Positions 8,828-11,122 of a stretch of DNA of 11,122 nt are shown here, in pieces. A program made the translations under genes and the position numbers. The stretch is from Amoeboradix gromovi X-113. Taxonomy: Eukaryota; Fungi; Sanchytriomycota. The stretch's first letter is position 1. Each line of letters begins with the position of its first letter. Below the pieces are notes generated by a model. The model did no database searches, was not told the DNA's origin, and saw only the letters and a program-made list of their open reading frames with translations. The DNA is taken from positions 1 to 11,122 of the forward strand of contig JADGIF010000315.1 of NCBI GenBank assembly GCA_018985225.1, given 5' to 3'.

Positions 8828-10150
8828 ATGTTTCGATTTGCTATCAGAAAATATGGCATTGCTCCAGAGATCTCAATGGTTGGCAAAATCAAGGTAGCTA
8901 GTATTAAAATACCTACACCATCTGCAGCATTAGGTATCTGGTATAAGACCGGCTCAGCTTTCGAGAGTTCTGATAACAATGGAACAGCCCATTTTCTAGA
9001 ACACTTGTTATTTAAAGGATCCAAGAATACATCCCAAGCTCAATTGGAAGAATTTGCAGAACACAACGGTGTTTCTTTTACAGCATTTACTACTCGTGAG
9101 CAAACTTGTTACGCTGCAAATGCCTTGAAATCAAAAAGCGAGGCTGCTTTTAGACATTTAGCTGAAATGACTAGTGCGCCTTTACTGGATTCTAATGCTA
9201 TTGAGAATGAAAAACATGTTATTCTTCGTGAGATGGAAGAAATCGGTAAAGATCAAATGGAAACTATTTTTGACCACTTGCATGCTGTTGCTTACAATAA
9301 TCAATCACTCGGCTACACTATTCTGGGCACTGATGATGTCGTAAAATCAATGAATAAATCGACTCTCAGGGATTTTCATCAACAACACTATTCTCAAGAG
9401 AATGCCGTTGTCACTGTAGTGGGTGACATTGAGCACAGTACACTGTGTCAATGGGTTTCTAAATATCTCAATCTGCCAAGTTGTGAACCTTTGACTGTCC
9501 CTGATGCGTCATTTTTGGGTAGTGATGCACGTTTTAGACACGATGATATGAAGATTGCCCACATGGCATTTGCGGTCCAAGGCCCTAGTCATAATCATCC
9601 AGATTATATTCCGATGCTTGTAGCGTCCTCATTATTAGGTCAGTGGGACAAATCGCTAGGTGCAGCTTCAAAGCTCTCTTCTCCTTTAGCTCAGAAATTC
9701 GCAAAGTATGACTTGGCTAACTCATACATGGGATTTTACGCAACCTATAATAAGTCCGGCCTGTTTGGTTATTACATTCAATCTGAAAATAAGGAATCTC
9801 TAGATCAGGTGATTAGTTTAGCTCAAGTAGAACTGTTATCATATCATTTGAATTTGAAGGACTCAGATGTGGCAAGGGCTAAACAAGCGACTAAGCATCT
9901 ATTAATGAAGCAACAAGATGGAAACGCGTTATTAATGGAGGATTTAGGAAGACAGCTGACTTGTTTTGATGGTTATACGGATCCTTTAACCTTGCAGATA
10001 AAGATTGATCATGTTTCCAGACAGGATATTGTAGATGTATTGGCTAAATATGTGTATGACAAGGATATTGCACTTGTAGGAATTGGGCCATTAGAGCTGA
10101 TGCCAGACTACAACAGAGTGAGGGCATCGATGAACTGGTTAAAATACTAA
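8828..10150 (+). CDS. MAS1: Mitochondrial processing peptidase beta subunit (M16B metallopeptidase; may double as complex III core 1), 440 aa
   Basis: Intact inverted zinc motif GTAHFLEHLLFKG, AFTTREQTCY, E..VILREMEE, DHLHAVAY...LGYTILG, and C-terminal GPLELMPDYNRVR. Short Arg-containing presequence-like N-terminus MFRFAIRKY. Confidence 0.93.
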   Translation: MFRFAIRKYGIAPEISMVGKIKVASIKIPTPSAALGIWYKTGSAFESSDNNGTAHFLEHLLFKGSKNTSQAQLEEFAEHNGVSFTAFTTREQTCYAANALKSKSEAAFRHLAEMTSAPLLDSNAIENEKHVILREMEEIGKDQMETIFDHLHAVAYNNQSLGYTILGTDDVVKSMNKSTLRDFHQQHYSQENAVVTVVGDIEHSTLCQWVSKYLNLPSCEPLTVPDASFLGSDARFRHDDMKIAHMAFAVQGPSHNHPDYIPMLVASSLLGQWDKSLGAASKLSSPLAQKFAKYDLANSYMGFYATYNKSGLFGYYIQSENKESLDQVISLAQVELLSYHLNLKDSDVARAKQATKHLLMKQQDGNALLMEDLGRQLTCFDGYTDPLTLQIKIDHVSRQDIVDVLAKYVYDKDIALVGIGPLELMPDYNRVRASMNWLKY

Positions 10151-10234
10151 ATAAATTGATTTTACGTTTCTATTCGCGCTGTTTGTGACTTATGTCAAGA
10201 CCCGATAAAAAGCGAGGATAAAATTCAAAACAAG

Positions 10235-10828
10235 ATGATTCTTGATATGCTAGGGATTGTTTTGACGTTGCTGTATTTTGGATTAAACCTGAAGCATTAT
10301 GACTTAATAACGTCTACTGCTACGTTTGCAAATTGCATATTGTGGCTCAGATATGGAATATTAACATTCACTATATCAGTTATAAGTGTAAACTTGTTTG
10401 GGGTGCTGTGTGCGTTGTATGGGATTTACAAGCTATCTGTAAATTCTAAATGGAACAGACTGGTCTTCAGAAACGTATTAATAGTGTTGATACTGTTATT
10501 GATAATTATAAAATTTCAGTTATACCCAGTGAGCACATACTTGTGTGGATATGCAGCTTCCATATTTAGTGTTTTGATGTTTGGAAGTCCATTAGGACAT
10601 CTGATGAATGTAATTAAGACCAGAAATGCGAAACTGATGAATGGTAAAAGAATTATCTTGAGCACTGGTGTGTCGCTTTCATGGTTGCTGATTGGTATGG
10701 AGCAAAAGGACAAATTTATAATGGTACCGAATGAAATTGGGGTAGCTCTGAGTATAATTCAACTAATTGTGTATTTTAAATATGCCGGTGGATACCGTAG
10801 CTACCAATCAGTTAAGTCAATAAACTAG
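10235..10828 (+). CDS. SWEET (MtN3/saliva) sugar transporter, 197 aa
   Basis: NCILWLRYG...VNLFG (repeat 1) and MFGSPL..L..VIKTRN...SWLLIG...DKFIMVPNEIG...IQLIVY (repeat 2). About 7 hydrophobic segments. Confidence 0.88.
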   Translation: MILDMLGIVLTLLYFGLNLKHYDLITSTATFANCILWLRYGILTFTISVISVNLFGVLCALYGIYKLSVNSKWNRLVFRNVLIVLILLLIIIKFQLYPVSTYLCGYAASIFSVLMFGSPLGHLMNVIKTRNAKLMNGKRIILSTGVSLSWLLIGMEQKDKFIMVPNEIGVALSIIQLIVYFKYAGGYRSYQSVKSIN

Positions 10829-10884
10829 TTAATGATACAGTCATCAATCTCATTCGAATAAACCATTCAATCGCTCCAAAATAT

Positions 10885-10985
10885 CATTTCGCAGACACTT
10901 CCAAGTTATGTAAAAATGGGACTGCGCCTACGTTAAATGTGAAGATTTCAAACCCCACACTTCTCAAGTGTAGACAACTTGGGGA
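10885..10985 (-). ncRNA. Candidate Fanzor omega-RNA (fRNA) scaffold overlapping the 3' end of the nuclease remnant
   Basis: Minus-strand pairing potential with G-U pairs: CCAAGUUGU (10982-10974) with AUAACUUGG (10909-10901); hairpin CUACACUU-GAG-AAGUGUGG; alternative AAGUGUGGGG/CUUCACAUUU; CGCAG (10926-10922) with CUGCG (10894-10890) crossing the outer stem. The location matches where TnpB/Fanzor guide scaffolds lie. Boundaries are approximate. Confidence 0.3.
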
Positions 10986-11009
10986 GATAGCATTTGAGCA
11001 TGTTCTTGC

Positions 11010-11028
11010 CTACATTATTTTGAAGTAC
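11010..11028 (-). other. 19-nt intron (phase 1) within the Fanzor-like remnant
   Basis: GTACTTCAAAATAATGTAG, 16/19 identical to the NDC80 intron. CAG|GT...TAG|G context. Excision restores the N-x-x-K-N-M spacing of the RuvC-III motif. Confidence 0.75.
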
Positions 11029-11034
11029 CTGGAT

Positions 11035-11058
11035 TGATATCTCTATGATATCTCTATG
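11035..11058 (+). repeat. 11-nt tandem duplication (TGATATCTCTA x2.2)
   Basis: TGATATCTCTA TGATATCTCTA TG, read directly. It duplicates the His-Arg-Asp-Ile codons of the Fanzor-like motif. Confidence 0.9.
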
Positions 11059-11122
11059 GTCTTGGTGACCGCATTGCTGACAATTGACGCAACGATTGAA
11101 TCCTTTCATAACGCTTGCAGCT

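Larger units (their letters stand above)
10948..11122 (-). pseudogene. C-terminal remnant of a TnpB/Fanzor-family RuvC nuclease (zinc finger plus RuvC-III), 5' part outside the window
   Basis: After removing one copy of an 11-nt tandem duplication and the 19-nt intron, it reads VNCQQCGHQDHRDINPGKNMLKCYLPKLSTLEKCGV*, matching CxxCG...[DH]RDxNAAxNI. Upstream SCKRYERIQSLR, in a different frame, would supply the second Cys of the first CxxC. Confidence 0.68.

Noticed and set aside
5021-10713. Short shadow ORFs (5021-5263, 7580-7783, 7901-8107, 8670-8897, 8761-9024, 10516-10713), and likewise 431-700
   Set aside because: Antisense or out-of-frame overlaps of well-supported genes or of decayed DNA, with no motifs.
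1-11122. CRISPR array, tRNA, rRNA, or prokaryotic operon interpretation
   Set aside because: No regularly spaced repeats, cloverleaf or rRNA-like sequence was seen. Gene content and introns are eukaryotic.

Overview
AT-rich eukaryotic nuclear DNA from a compact genome using the standard genetic code. By inference it is a mitochondriate early-diverging fungus or similar protist. There are six intact housekeeping genes: ataxin-10/Ctr86-like, an RCC1-repeat Ats1/Kti13/SERGEF-like protein, Ndc80, a Swf1/ZDHHC4-like DHHC palmitoyltransferase, mitochondrial processing peptidase beta, and a SWEET transporter. The ORF track splits Ndc80 and the DHHC gene because each contains an exactly 19-nt GT-AG intron. 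A third 19-nt intron with the same consensus (GTACTTnAnnnTnATnTAG) lies in an unannotated, degenerate minus-strand TnpB/Fanzor-like nuclease remnant at the right edge (CxxCG...HRDINxxKNM). That remnant is overlapped and followed by a structured, omega-RNA-like segment. The left half holds two inverted copies of a roughly 464-bp MITE with 35-bp TIRs, plus decayed coding-like DNA.
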